Positions 30,752 through 44,731 are shown, numbered from the stretch's first letter. The stretch: DNA of 64,000 nt from the human T2T-CHM13v2.0 reference genome, Homo sapiens (GCF_009914755.1 NC_060937.1); one strand, 5' to 3'. Numbers and translations are program-made. Notes: generated from the sequence alone by a model not told the origin.

Positions 30752-33700
30752 AAAGAAATTAACATTATTTCATGAGAATTATGTAATAAATAATTTGAAC
30801 TTGGTATAAATCCAAATTTAGATTATTGTATAATTATGAAACAAATTGGATTTTAAAAGGAAATAAAAACTCAACTTTTTTATGTAAAATATTTCAAAAA
30901 CTGATTCATCTCACAAAATCATTATTTTATGAGCATATTTATGGAGAGTGGAGTATACACCTAAGTTTAATCTTTGAAACTATTGTGTGTCTTCATATTG
31001 TTTACTCATATGTGAAACATAACCTGTCTAACTAATGATGTACCAAACCTGAGCCCCAAGTTATCCTCTCAATTAATGGGCACATACTCATAGCTCTCAG
31101 CTGCTATTCTTTTCCCCTGACTTTTTCTGCACATAACTATCTTCATCCTGTCTCTTGGTCTTCCTGGCAACTAAACAGAATCTTTCTTATTTTTCCCTAA
31201 ACTGTATATTATTCACTGCATGTTCTTTAAAAATTGTATACCTGGAAAATCACATGAAAAAAATTAGATTGTTTTAGGTCTAGAGTAATACTTCCATTTA
31301 TCCCAGAAGCAATTTCAGTTGACAAAGTAAACACCTATGTTCTAGGAATGCAATGAACTGATTTAACAGGAGTGATTATGTCTGAACACCTAAGTCCTAT
31401 TTCAGGTTTTTTCCTCATCAAATTGCATAACATCTCTGTGCCTCTAATACTTTAGCTACACAGCAACCCTATATAGGAATGTATTTTCCAATTATAAGAA
31501 ATAATTTTAGGTAATTTCAATCTAGTAACTTAAGGATATATGTGTTGATATTTAACAATCATTTCTATGGGGATAGTTAATAATTATTTAGATTCTGTGG
31601 TAGTAAATCTTTCCATAAGAGAGTGACAAAGGATGAAGCTAGCAGGTGTGAGCCTCTTTCAATTAGGATTTGATTGCTATTGAAGGTACTTTAGAATCAG
31701 GAAACTGAGTTTTATATCTGTGTACTTTCTTATATAATGAAACTAATTATTCTAAAAATAATTGAGCTGACATTTCTGTGGTAATACCATCAAACCCGAG
31801 TGTCATAATCTTTGAAAAGAGAAGGTTGAAGTTTAAATGATTATTTCTTATTTATAGTGCAATAATTTGGCAGAGCCTGGAAATTACTTTGTAGGATTAG
31901 AATAGATGTTAGTCAAATACAAACAAGATTTGAGAGAAATAATTGGAGTTTAGGATGCAGGTCTAATTAAAGAGTACTTAAGAACTTGCATAATCCATTT
32001 ATTTGTGTAGAAAATACGCAGTAACCTTTAAGGAAGTTTTGATAGCAAATATACGCCATTCAGAAGGGCTTGTTGGGTATTCCAGATACACTCAACAATT
32101 ACCTAAGGAAAACACATGTATTATATTCATTTCTTTCCAAAGGTGGAGCCTAATAGGGGATCATGTATGCATGATGCCAATCATGGCAGTTAGACATATA
32201 CAAAAATGTAGGCTAGAAAGTGTTTTTTCTCAAAGTATGGTCAATAGACAACCCAATTATGAATAATATTGGGTGCGGTGCTTATCTAAAAATAAGATTT
32301 ATGAATCATCAGAATGTAAGTAGAGTCTGGGATCAAAATTTTATTTCTCAAGGACTTCAGAGATTCCTAAGAATATTAAAATTTGAGAATTGCAGATTAA
32401 AGAGACAACAAACATTTGAAGTTATCTGACTACAAAGATAAGTAATGCCTGTTATATAAAAGTTATACAAACTTTGGTCTTTTTTTTACTTATAAATAAA
32501 ATGAGGTACCTAACAATGTAGACTCATCTCTCTCATACGGATTTTTGATGAACAAGGAGAAAATACATTTTAAACTGTTAACTGACATACAATGTTATTT
32601 GTTGTTTGAATTTGTTTTTAAGATTACCAGTGGAATACAGCAAAAAAGTAATTTGTTTAACCAACAAAATGAAAATATTTGTAGTATGTATAGCTTCTTC
32701 CAGCATCTAGTGCATGATATCATTGATACCATAATAGTGAATGCTTTTGTTGGTAAAATATTTTCTAACATTTCTACAATATCTTTCATATATTATCATT
32801 CAACAACAACAATATTGACTCTTTAGTAAATGATGAGACTAGAAATTAGTAATAATTATCTCATATACATGCCCTTTAATAATAAATTATTGATGATTTT
32901 ATTTGCTTTTTCCTTGATATCTAACTACTAGGTCAGAACATTTTAACTCAGAGTAATAACTTACACCTTCTCTACAGCAATGTTTTTCAGATTATATGCA
33001 TATGATATCTAAAAGCAAATATAGATATTACAGTAACAATGCAAAGTAGGTTTACGTCTATTGTTATGGTAATGACTCCTTTACTTTTAAGCCATTGGGT
33101 GTGATGGTAGTACATATGCATTGATTTATTGATTCATTTGAAAAGCACATCTTTTCAGTCACTCTCAGATTGCTTTAAATACATTAACCCATCTAGTCCT
33201 CATTAAAGTATTTAACTAAGGAGAATACCCCAACTTCTTTTCTGATCAGTGGTATAAATTATAATTTGTTATTTCAATTAAGGAAAATACCCATTGTTTC
33301 TCGGAGACGATATTTTGTGATATTACTTTCTTTTCTTTAGGAAAAATGTTATCACTGTTGTTTTCCACCATCTTTACTAATGTGAGTGCATTGATTTCAT
33401 CAAAGATGCAAGGTAATTTTGAATAATAACAATGACTAGTTTTAGAGTGGAAGGCTGATGAATCTCCCATGTCAATATAATAATACTATTAATTTAACCC
33501 TTGCTTTAACCTACATTACACATACAAATATACACATATTTATATTTTCATTCAAACGGATCAACTTTGTATTATTTTATATTATAGGTAAGAAATTAAG
33601 GCTTAGAGACACTAACATTTCAAAAGTCACACAAGTTAATTGGCAAAACTGTATTTCTAAGTCAAGAATTATTGACCTTTATATCCTATTTTATCCAATA

Positions 33701-33769
33701 TGTTTACAATTTTAATATTTCAAATTATGACAGAATTTTAATCATTAATATATAAAGAAGCAGAATAAA

Positions 33770-35285
33770 ATAACTGAGCTCAAATATTTGAAAAGTAAGA
33801 AACACACCTCTAAATAATGCATGCATTAAAGAATGAAACTTTAAAATGATATTTTAAAGGAACTTAAAAAATTCAAAATGAATGTTAACAAACATACCAT
33901 TGTTGGGGAAATAAAATTAAAAATAAAATCTTCCAATATAGAAAAATTCTCCACAAAGGTAGAAAAGAAAAAAAATAGTTTAACTATTGAATAAGTACTA
34001 ATGATGCATATCACAGACAATCCACCAAAAAGATTGCAAAATCATAAAGAAATTTCACCCTTTTATGTAGCCAATCAAATACAGCCCATTACATATGTGT
34101 TCTCAAGATAAAAAATATGCAGTCCTCAAGTAAGAGCATGTGTAACATGATTTGTCACACATATTTATCCTAAATTTACTCAGTAATTAGAGTAGTCATC
34201 TGTTAATTGACTTTAAAGAAAAAATAAAATTAGATCTTTATAACAGAAAATGGTTCTACAACTTGGAACAAGGTGCCCGCTGAAGTCATGTGCCTATTCT
34301 CTCACAGAAACTTGAAGACAGCACTGTCTTCTTTAATCATGGTATTTCAAGGAGATGGTTTGTAGGTACTTAAAAAAGACATTTTGGGGTCCTAAAGCTG
34401 GCAAGAGGCTTATTTAACTTTTAGAAAATTTCACATACATTTCAAAGAGACAAAAGAACTTCCTAAAGTTGGGGGGCGGAATATCTTCCCTTATTTGCAC
34501 ATCAGTAAATTATTATTTTTCTTATGTGATTATATTAGAAGTAGCAAAAACAAGACTCAGGAAATTTTATAGGTTTTAATACTTTGGTATTAGGGAAGAA
34601 ACAAAAATGTATGAAATAAATGATCTAAAATCTGCTCTAATAGCTAAGGGAAAAAAGAACAAATTTAATCAACTGTAAGAGAGATAAAAAAGGAAAGGCA
34701 GGAAGAGAAATCAATAATATAGAAAAGAGGCCAACCATTGGGACAACTAACAGCCAAATGTTAGGTCTTTGCACTGATCAACAAAGTTGAGAAGCCCTGA
34801 GCTGAGTGATTTAAAAAAAAAAGGCAAAAAAAAGTCTATACTTACAAATTCTATATATGTTAAGGTAATTACCTATATAAACATATGTATGTGTATATAT
34901 ATATGTATAACTATGTATATGTATAAGCATTATGGCAATAAACTCAAAAACTTTTATTAAACCAATCTCATGAAAAATACAACTTATCTGAACTAATCCA
35001 ATATGCCAAATAAAAAATTAGTCCTGTATCGATTAAAAGATTGAATTCATTTTCAAAAGCTTTACTTTAAACAGAACTCAAGAACACCAATTCTAAAAAA
35101 ATTTTGACACCAAAGAGGAAGAAACACTTTCCAACTCATTTTGTAAAGATGAAAAATATATGGTCATTTTAATAGATGCTGGAAGAGCACAGAACAAGTC
35201 AATGACTAAAACACAAAGCAAAATAGGAATAGAGAGGAACTTTCTCAGGAAAGGGCCTTTACAAAAGTCTATGGCTAAAGTCTAT
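33770..35285 (+). mobile_element. Old L1M ORF2 remnant, interrupted by an LTR
   Basis: Degenerate ORF2 motifs: aaacacacctctaaataat, gaggaagaaacactttccaactcattttgt, MVILIDAGRA (cf. [10 protein letters not shown]), ataggaatagagaggaactttctca. Confidence 0.65.
33901..34501. mobile_element. ERV solo LTR (ERV1-class; family not securely assigned)
   Basis: TG...CA-bounded ~600 bp block splitting the L1M. Motifs I recall from a repeat consensus: ctccacaaaggtagaa, gtcctcaagtaagag, ctggcaagaggcttattta. Confidence 0.65.
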
Positions 35286-35955
35286 CCCCAACACTCCACC
35301 ATAGACCAGAGATTGACTCTTATTAAGCTCTTTCACAAAACTCCTTCATTGACTATTATTCTCTGTGCTCTGTGGATCCACCACCCTCTAGCAGGATCTT
35401 GTCTATTATTCTCTGTGTCTAAGTCTGAACTGAAGCTGCACAACTTTCATAGTCCACTTCCCAGAAGATTTGTTTTGAGATCAAATGAATTTTGTAGTTT
35501 TCTCTGTATTTTCTGAGTAGTTGTGCCTGAGTAACTTTAAATTTGGAAAATGCCACCAAAATAAGTACTGGGCAGAGAGGCAACTGAAGGTGATTCCTGA
35601 AGGCTTACTAACAATATGTGTTATAAGCAATGAGAGAACAGTGCAGTCTCACAGATATTAATTTCTCTGGAAATCAAGTTTCTACTTAAAGATCTGCCAA
35701 GACTGTGTACCACTGTCAAAAAGGATTTCATTCTATTTGAAACAAAAGATATATATTGCTCCTTATATTTAAGGACTTGAAAATGAATACAATTGTGTAT
35801 GAAAGTTTCAACTATGTGTGTAAGTTCAATAACTTTCTCTACATTAATAAGTGTTATCTATATACTGGGGATTAAATATCTCAAAAAGCAACACATACAT
35901 TTGTAGTATTAAAATACCTAATAGAAGAAAAGTTGAGTTTTATTGTAGTTGCACT

Positions 35956-36450
35956 TGTCTCTTAGAGATTGAATGTGCAAATGGACAAGGAGAGCAGCCA
36001 GACCACATATAAAAATAAAACTCTGACCCACAGAATTTTGTCCAACAGTCTGCAGACCGGAAAGCCAAACCTCAAACTCTGTAGCACTGCAGCACTTGAA
36101 ATGGTCACGACTAAATTGATACCTGCCAGCTTTGTTATTTTTTCTCGCCTTTTTACTCCCACTTCCAACTTTGGATCAACCAGAGAAAGCCAAGTGTGTG
36201 CCCCCAACCAATCAGATAGGATGCCCCACTTCTAGTTAGTCCATCTACAGCTTCCCCTTGCTAACAACCTCCTATCAGGTCATACTAAAACTTTCCTCTT
36301 TTTTCTCTGTAAAGCTTTTACACCTACCTGCCTGTGTTTGAACTACTGCCAAATGCAAGTGATGGTGCATGGCTCTTTGTCACCCATGGCAAGTTCTGCA
36401 TAAATTGCCTTTGCTTGTTCTCATTTCAGTGGTCTTCACTTATTTCTACA
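35956..36450 (+). mobile_element. ERV solo LTR (ERV1-class; family uncertain)
   Basis: aaaactctgacccaca, caaccagagaaagccaa, CCAAT (aaccaatcag), ataggatgcccc, ends tttctaca. Confidence 0.65.
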
Positions 36451-38519
36451 TCTTTCAACTGAAGAAAAATATGCCACCCTATTCTAACCTGGTAGATATA
36501 TGTTTCAATGAGCCACTTAACTTATTTTCTATTAAAATTAAACATTTTAGAAATGATGGGAGCATAAATGATATAATTAAATTAGTCAATTGGACATGTT
36601 TATGAGATTAGTGCAGGATGGCTGGAATTATTTATAATGACTTGTGGTTTTACTTAAATTGGCAGAAAACTCATTTCAATATTAATTCATTATTTATTCA
36701 ATTACCTCAACATTAATTTGCTCAGGTGGGCAGAAACTTCATTTTTGCATTTATTTCATTTATATTGATTAAAATGTATAAATATTCTAAAACTGGTTTT
36801 CCAGAAATAAGTTTCAATAGTATAATGAGATTTGTATTTAAATACACATGAAAAAACATTTTATCTATTTATATTTGCAAGGCACCCTGTACTGGATTTG
36901 AAACTATTTTAAATTCAGATACTTGTTTTCTTTTCTATCTTAACATTCACACCATGCTTTTCTTTTCTAGCTTAATATTCACACCAGACTTATTGCCTTT
37001 GGAGGAAGTCCTGAGACTTAGGAACTGACTAAAAACCTCTCTTGAGGTATGTGATGGACTAGAAATCGGAAATCCCATGATAGAGAAACTGTCATCTATT
37101 TAAGGAGACTAAGAGAGTAGTAGATTAGGTCCAACAGTTGAGGAGAAGAAATTCAGATTCAGGACAAGAGTGGTGTTCCACTGGGAAGAGGTTATAAATC
37201 GCAGAGTAAACCTGGGCTGAGTTATTTTCACATCAGTTTAGGCTTATGGAAAAATATAAAGTGGAAGCCACTAACCATCCCTAAAACAGTCTGTAACAGA
37301 CTCAGATTTTGGGGCTTCCAGTCCTGTATAAAATTGGTCCCACCTTCAGTTTCCAAAATGATTTTGTTAAAATCCTGCAAATCCGTGATTTTTAAGTGTG
37401 AATTTTTTATGATCCCTTTCCAATTGTATGAGTTGATTCGGAATGTCTGATTTTAGAATCATATCAGCTCCCAGTTTTCCAAAGTACCTATTTCAACTCT
37501 TAAGCCATTCTTGTCCTTTGAATTTTTAAAATATTCCTCCTCATTAAATCATATACTTGAAATGGTATTCTTTACATTCAGTGCAGACTAAGGTCGCATA
37601 TTTAAATTGCCATGAAATAAACTTCTCCTAGAAAATAATTCTTGCTTCATTTATAAGAAAGAAAATGAAAGAAAGAAAAAGCTTTTCCTAAAAGATTTAC
37701 AGTGTTAATTTATTTGATTTTAAATAAACAGCTGCTTTTCCAAAATTAATTAACTAGCTTTTCTGAAGGAAAGTCCAAAAAGGTGATTAAGAAACTTCGG
37801 GTGATTCAGTCTTCATGACTTAGTTCATTAAACAGCCAAAGGCCTTTGCAGAAAAGCATCATAGTAAGCAAGAAATATGTCTCATAATGTGAGTCTGGTT
37901 TATCCTGAGGAGTGTGGATTTTCCCAAGGGCTCCTTTCAAATTGGAGTCGGCTGGCTAAATGAAAGCAAAGCTTAGGAGCAAAAAATAGTAAGAATTTTC
38001 ATAATGAATTAGAACTCATGAATTTTCTCAGAATTATAGTCAATATGACTTGATTGATATCTATTTGCATATAAAAATATTTTGCTACCATTCCAGTGTG
38101 ATCAGAAAAGAAGGTCACTGTAACAGTCTTATAGGATTTTCACAGGTTGCATCCATAGTGCCATCTCCTCCACCTCTTTGGAAAATTGTGTTCCAATAAA
38201 AGTCCTGCCTTATTGGGCTTGGAGTGTTCTGGACCTTCTCTGGATCATTCCCAAGTCTGCTATAATTCTCTTGTTGCTCCATAGAAAGTTTTTTTTTTTT
38301 TTTTTCAATTACTCAGGCTTGCTTGGGTAAATTACTGTGTTATGTCAATGAAAACTTTAGAACTTTTTCAGACAAATCCCACTGCAAGAACATATTTTTC
38401 TGCTGATTCCTTCCCTGAGGATAATGTTTCTTTGTAAAGCCAAGCTATTGGTCTACTTTATACAGAGTCTGCTGGTAATAGTCCTGCCAATGTTGGTGAT
38501 AGGGCCCCTTTCATTTGCA

Positions 38520-39625
38520 TTTCCTTGAAAAATAACCACTTTGGACATTTCTATATCCGATTTTTCTGAAGAACCTGTTTAATTTTTAAACAAGTTTGTC
38601 TGTCATTTTATTATTGATTTGCAGGAATTTGTGCTAAGTTCTTGATATAAGCCCCTCTTCAGTTACATGTGTCGCAAACAGCTCTTTGCCTTGCTTCTTC
38701 ATGCATTTGTTTCTGTCTTTTAATGAAAATAAGTTATCATTCTAATGTATGAAACCAAATGTCAGTCTTTTTCTTTTTCTTAATGTTTATAACTTTCTAA
38801 GTTTTATTTAGGATTTCTTTCTTTCTTTCTTTCTTTCTTTGGAGAGACAGAGTCTCTTCACTTTTTTATTATTATACCATGATCAGAGTTTTGAACCTTC
38901 AAGGAAGTGCATGAATTCTAGATGTAAAACCCAATGAAGTATTTGCATACTAGCAACTCTCTATTACCAGTATACAGATTGAGAAGAAGTATACTGGGCT
39001 TCTGTCCCACCTGGTTCTTCCTCCCACTGACTAACCAAACTATGCTAACTTCTAACTCACATATCAATTCTGTTTTGGGATTTTGTGTAAACTGAACCAC
39101 ATAGGATGCATCCTTTTGTGTCTGCCTTTTTTCTTCTCTCTCAAAACTATTTTCTGGGGTTCCTCACCATTGGCTCATAAAGTTGCAATTTTTACAAGTA
39201 CAGAAGTATTATGTGGTTAATACACCATAGTTTATTATATTTTCTTTTTCTTTTTTTTTTTTAAGATGGAATCTCGCACTGTCACCTGGGTTGGAGTGCA
39301 GTGGCACGATCTCGGGTCACTGCAACTTCCGCCTCCCAGGTTCAAGGATTCTCCTGCCTCAGTCTCCCAAGTAGCTTGGATTACAGGTGCCTGACACCAT
39401 GCCTAACTATTTTTTTTTGTATTTTTAGTAGAGACAGGGTTCCACTATGTTGGCCAGGCTGGTCTCAAACTCCTGACCTAGTGATCCACTGGCCTTGGCC
39501 TCCCAAAGTACTAGGATTACAGGTGTGAACCTCCGGGCCTGGCTAGTTTATTATCTTTTCTATTGTTGATGGTCATTTGAGCAATTTCCAGTTTGGGGAT
39601 TATTATAAATAATACTATTACTATA
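38520..39625 (-). mobile_element. Old L1M fragments flanking an Alu
   Basis: ttctgaagaacctgttta, ttattgatttgcagga, tattgttgatggtcatttgagcaatttccagtttggggattattataaataat. Confidence 0.55.
39241..39544 (-). mobile_element. Alu, AluS (Sg/Sc-like), full-length
   Basis: Antisense dimeric Alu. TSD agtttattatatttt / agtttattatctttt. Confidence 0.94.
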
Positions 39626-39791
39626 AATACTATTGGGTGGCATTGATAGTTGGCCTGATGCTTAGAATTCTATTGATGGTATCTTCATTGAATGAAGTCC
39701 TTTTCCCCAGATTAATCAAAGTGGATAATGGATCAGCATATTCATTGAAAAATCTTTCAGAAAACATGATGATGCAAACAGAGTTATGTAT

Positions 39792-40302
39792 TGTTAGTGA
39801 GCAATTCTCCATAGTATTTCTACATATCTTGGAGTAGATTTTGTTTCAGACTATATATTCAAAGAGATTTACATAGTAAATAAACTTGAAAGAGAAAGAT
39901 AGTATCTCACACTGGGACAAAAGAATGATTTGTTTTCTGTTCAGAAAAATAAAGATAACATATCCTTCCTGAGAAAAAGTTAGGTAGGTTTGCTTGCAGC
40001 TTCCTTATGAGACTGGAGATTTTCTAATCTTGGGGTTCTTCAGTTTTGTGGAACAAACAAGTTGTATGTGCAGCATCTGCCTGGGCCCAATGTGAGCCTC
40101 ATCCCCATGGAATTTGTGGGGTATATAGAGGGAGACAAATTAGATATGAACATCATGTTCATGCTGCTGTCATGCTCTCTATAGGAGCTATTTGTCTGAT
40201 TCAGGAATGTTGTGCTTTCTGATAGCATCGATGACATTCTGGAAGACTAATTTGTTAACTTGTAAGCACAGTGTAATCTCAGATTTTTCACAATTTTTGA
40301 CA
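39792..40302 (+). mobile_element. ERV solo LTR (family uncertain)
   Basis: tgttagtgagcaattctccat...cacaatttttgaca termini. Perfect 5-bp TSD tgtat at 39787-39791 and 40303-40307. Confidence 0.8.
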
Positions 40303-40309
40303 TGTATCT

Positions 40310-41150
40310 CTGTGTTTCATTTCAAATATTTCTTTTTCTGGCTTACCTTCTAGTTTAATAATTCTTTTTCACTGGCATCTGATTTTATCTTAATGTATTT
40401 ACTGAGTTTTTGATTTCATTTATTATAATTTTTAGTGTTACATATTACACTTATTTTCTTATTATACTTTCTGGTCTTCTGACAATACTGCCATTTATTG
40501 TCAATAAATTCTTCTTAAACATACATTGCTTAGTCTGTGACTGACAACTCTATTATCTGTGTCTTCTATAGGTCAGTGTCTCTTTCCAGTTGCTACTGTT
40601 TGCTTTCATTCACATTTTATTCTTCATGCTCCTTTTGATTGAGCATTTGCCATATTATACTACACTTTATGAAAACAATTTGAGGCTCTGTATTATGTAA
40701 TCTTCATTTAGAGAGTATTTATCTTCTTCTGGTAGTACATTAACCAATGATTGTAACTTTATCTTGCTTCTGGCAAAGTTACGAAATTGAGACAATCTGA
40801 AGCTGCCTTCAGTTTTGGTGAAAATCTTGTTTCTTTCCAGTTAACTTTTATTGCTTCATTATAGCTGTTTGTGGGCCCTTTTCCAAGTCCTGTGGATTTT
40901 TCAGGTGGTTTTGAAATCCAAGTTTGTCCCTCTAGGTCCGTGAGTCTGCAGAAAGCTTTGTTCAGCTTCTCAAACTCTCAGCTGTTGTGTCCAACATCAT
41001 TAAAGTCTTCTACAAGAGAAAATATCCCAAATGTCCATTTTATCTATTTAGTCTTCTCTCTTTGCCCAGACTCTGATTTCACAGTTTCTCACTACATTGT
41101 TCTTCTCTGATGCATTTTCACTTGGTTCTCTATAAAATCTTATTCCAAAT
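40310..41150 (-). mobile_element. Old L1M (L1ME/M5-like) 5'/ORF1-region remnant
   Basis: ttctagtttaataattctttttcactggcatctga, actgagtttttgatttca, aacaatttgaggctct motifs. Confidence 0.5.
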
Positions 41151-41395
41151 CATCTAGTTAATTATTACTGAAAGCATATATCCACTGACTTTTTAAAAAC
41201 CAACTTATTTATCTCACTTTAATTTTTCTTAAAGATGAAATATTCTTAATAGACCCTCAGTCTGTCAATAATATAAGTTTATTTTGATTATATTCCATCT
41301 GTCCTAAAGTTACATCTCATCATGTTTGAGTCCTAGTGCACATAGTATGTGTTTCCAAGCAGGAAATACTGCTTTATATTAATTATGAAACATTA

Positions 41396-41411
41396 TGTGT
41401 GTGTATGCATA

Positions 41412-41443
<32 letters not shown>

Positions 41444-41483
41444 AATATGTAAATAATATATAAATATAAGTGTGGTATATATA
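41396..41483. repeat. (TG)/(TA) low-complexity microsatellite
   Basis: Direct reading. Confidence 0.9.
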
Positions 41484-42417
41484 TTTAAGAGAGGACCCTA
41501 AAATAATAGCAGTTCCTTCTCAGTATCAAAATAGTCCATTAAAAGCAATTGCATGTCCTTGTTTGGTCTGAAATGAAAGCTGAGAAGTCTTGCAGAATGG
41601 TAGTACATTAACCAATGATTGTAGCTTTTGTTGTAGCTTTTGTTTAACTTTTGTTTTGTTTCAGAGCAAATCAGTTCATTTCCTGTGAACACTATCGATG
41701 TGGCAATGTTTTTGCCTTTATCCTAATAAACACAGAACATCACAATCAGTTTTCCTTTACCTAGTAGACTATACATTCAACATTTTTCCTGGGCTAGGTT
41801 ATTTCTCAAACTTGTTATCACTTCTTATTTTTAGGGATCTTTAATGTCTTCCCATTCCGATGGACCCATTGTATGCATCATGCTGACTTGACTTCAAATT
41901 AATAAAAAATCTAAATAATATGGTAATACATTTGGCAGAGACAAAGACACATATCCCAAAGAAAAAGTAAAACTTTCATTTTAGGGAAGCATATATGATT
42001 CCTGCACATCATGGAAAAAATAAATTGCTCTACCTTTTGCTTACCACCACCAAAAACAGAAAAAACAAAAACAAGAGATTTGGCTCAGTCTGTTTACTTT
42101 GTGATCTGAAAGGCAGCCAAAATTAAATGAGACTCATGGCACGGCAAGAGAATTTTCTGCAGTTAACCCTTCATGACAAATAAGTTCTTCTGCCACTTGA
42201 CTCTTTGAAACAGAAAATCTAGTATCACTCAAGCATTTGTGATATTTCAGAATGTTCTACGGAGGCTACAATAACCCACAATTTGAAAGCATAGTAGAAA
42301 CTTTCTAGTTTTGAAGCAAGACTGTCACCTTTCTTATATAACCATTATCATTTTCAGACATAGCTTTTAGATTGGTGATAGGCCATGGAAGAGTCCAACA
42401 GCTGAAACCATGAATGG

Positions 42418-42834
42418 CACTATAGTTTGGTTTCATTGACCCATTTGAAGCTCATGTTGAAATTTGAGCCCCGGTATTGGATATAGGGCCTAATGGGAGG
42501 TATTTGGATTATAGGGCAGATCCCTCATAAATGGTTTGGTGCTGTCCTCAAGATAATGAGTGAGTTCTCACTCTGTCCTCACAAAAGCTGGTAGATAAAA
42601 ACAGCCTGGCACTCCCCTGTCCCTGTCTCCTCTATTGCCTTGTGATCTCTGTACATGCTGGCATCCCTTCCCCTTCCACCGTGAGTGGCAACCGTTTGAG
42701 GCCCTTACCAGATGCAGATGTTTGTGCTATGATTTTTGTACAGCCTGCAGAACCATGAGCCAAATAAACATCTTTTCTTTATAAATTGCTCAACCTCAGG
42801 TATTCTTTTATAGCAACACAAATGGACTAATACG
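42418..42834 (+). mobile_element. MaLR solo LTR (MSTB-like)
   Basis: ctatagtttgg...ctcatgttgaaatttga, cagcctgcagaaccatgagccaaataaac, aatggactaatac. Perfect TSD aatgg at 42413-42417 and 42835-42839. Confidence 0.92.
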
Positions 42835-43289
42835 AATGGTTACCAATTTTCATATGATGCTAAATGTTCTTTATGAATTTTGTTGAATTGACATAGCTTT
42901 GGGTGCACATCATAGATTGAGTCATTAACCTCCCACTGTAATTATCCAACTTTGTAACCTCCCCTTTCTCAATTAACAATTTTTCTATAAGGAGATTTCC
43001 TTGATAATTTGAAACAATATAACATTTTATAGATGAGTTTACCTTATATACCAATAAAATAATGAAAAATGAACTGTGATAGCAGTATAGTCTTCTCAGG
43101 GGTGGTTCTGAAGGCCATGAGAACAAGCAATGTTTTGCCAGAGATATTTTTTAGAGTAGTACATATTATGGCCCATTTTGCTTGGAAAAAAATGGTATGA
43201 GATAGGGGTATCTTACAATTCATAGTACAAGTAATCAATTTTGTTGGATGGTCAAGGAAGTGAAAAAAATTATTAAACAATGAGGAAGA

Positions 43290-44450
43290 TTATTTTAGAG
43301 AGATATTGTATAATGGTCCCTTCTATAAACGTATTTGTGTCACATATGAATGCTCAACAAAAAAGCCATTATGACAGAAGAAACTTTAATAATCAACATG
43401 GCAAGATTAGTTAAGCTAAGGAAGTAAGTATGTCTCCTTCATCTGCCACTGTAGTATTTTCACAAAGACCTCATAAGGAGATTATTTTGTAAATAGGAGG
43501 CTATGCATGAAAATCAATGGCATAGTCTTCCCATAACTAAAGCTATTTTAATGACTGCTGCCACCAAGTGCTCAACTTAGCAGAAGTAAGAAGCCTTAAG
43601 CCCCTAATATTGTATTATATCCTTAGAATAACCTTGAAAAAGTTCAATTTTATTTATTCATTTTACCTTGGAGAGAGTAGTAATTTGTGATAACTCAGTT
43701 ACTCGTTTGGGTTTTAAAAATTCTTTCTCTGCCTTTTTATGCCTCTGCTAGTACTATTATCTATGTACTTAGTAAGTGATGACAAACCACTTTAATCTTT
43801 TATAGAGCATTGCTTCTGACAAAGAAATTCATTATACAGGAAAATAAGAAAGGAAGTGGGCCAAAGTCAATGGGGATCACTGGTTTCCCCAGTCAGGCAT
43901 CAGTTGTAAAAAACACAATGTAAGGTACAAAATATATTCTGCATGGGTCTGGAAGTCCACAAGCAGAAGTAGGGGGTGGTACTTCCCATGGCTACCCTTA
44001 AATATCCATTCAAAAAAAAATTGCTTACTATTTCCATGACTATCATCTTGTGCAATTTAGAGATTTTTCTACCTCAGATAGACTTCCCCTATTCCATGAT
44101 TCCATTGAATTGAAAGCTGAAACAGCAGCTTATCTTCTGTAGTTTCTGCCACCATTTGGGAAAAATGGAAATTTTTATTTTGGTTAGGGTGATTTCCAAA
44201 GTTTAGAAGCAAGGAGAGTTCAAATGGAGCCCAAATTCCCTCTGGGAAGACTCTATTATTCTTTTGTATCTAACGGTAGATGTTAGTGGAAGACTATTGC
44301 AACAGTATAAAAGCAGAGCCACTGTGGACACAGGTCTTTCAGAAAGGAGAGTTTATGTTACAAAAGAAGACTTAGGATCTGACCACTTGAGCCTTTTGTT
44401 GAAGTCATAGGGAAGATGGTATCGTTAACGGAGAAGAAAGGTCATGAATT
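43290..44450 (+). pseudogene. Degraded ERVL-type pol remnant (RNase H end, integrase zinc finger, dUTPase-like region)
   Basis: Hand translation: VFVSHMNAQQ (43331-43360), GGYA* (~43496-43510), HSLPITKAILMTAATKCST*QK (43521-43586; cf. HGLPLTKADLATAAAECPTCQQ), MIPLN*KL (44096-44119). Confidence 0.75.
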
Positions 44451-44519
44451 CCCCCTAAAATTCAGTTGTAAAATGAGAAAATTTATTTTCTAAAATCATT
44501 TGTGTTCCTTTATATTTCC

Positions 44520-44731
44520 GTGTGTGCGTGTGTGTGTGTATATATATATATGTGTGTGTGTATATATATATGTGTGTGCATATATAGTCATATATATAGT
44601 GTATATAGATATATATGTATATGTGTATATACATATATATGTGTATATGTGTATATACATATATATGTGTATATGTGTATATACACATATATACATTTAT
44701 ATAATATATACATATATATAGTGTATATATA

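Noticed and set aside
36926-36986. Two-copy 32-bp tandem duplication; similar small ones at 13416-13449, 35349-35417 and 62868-62917
   Set aside because: Ordinary slippage-type duplications with no further structure.
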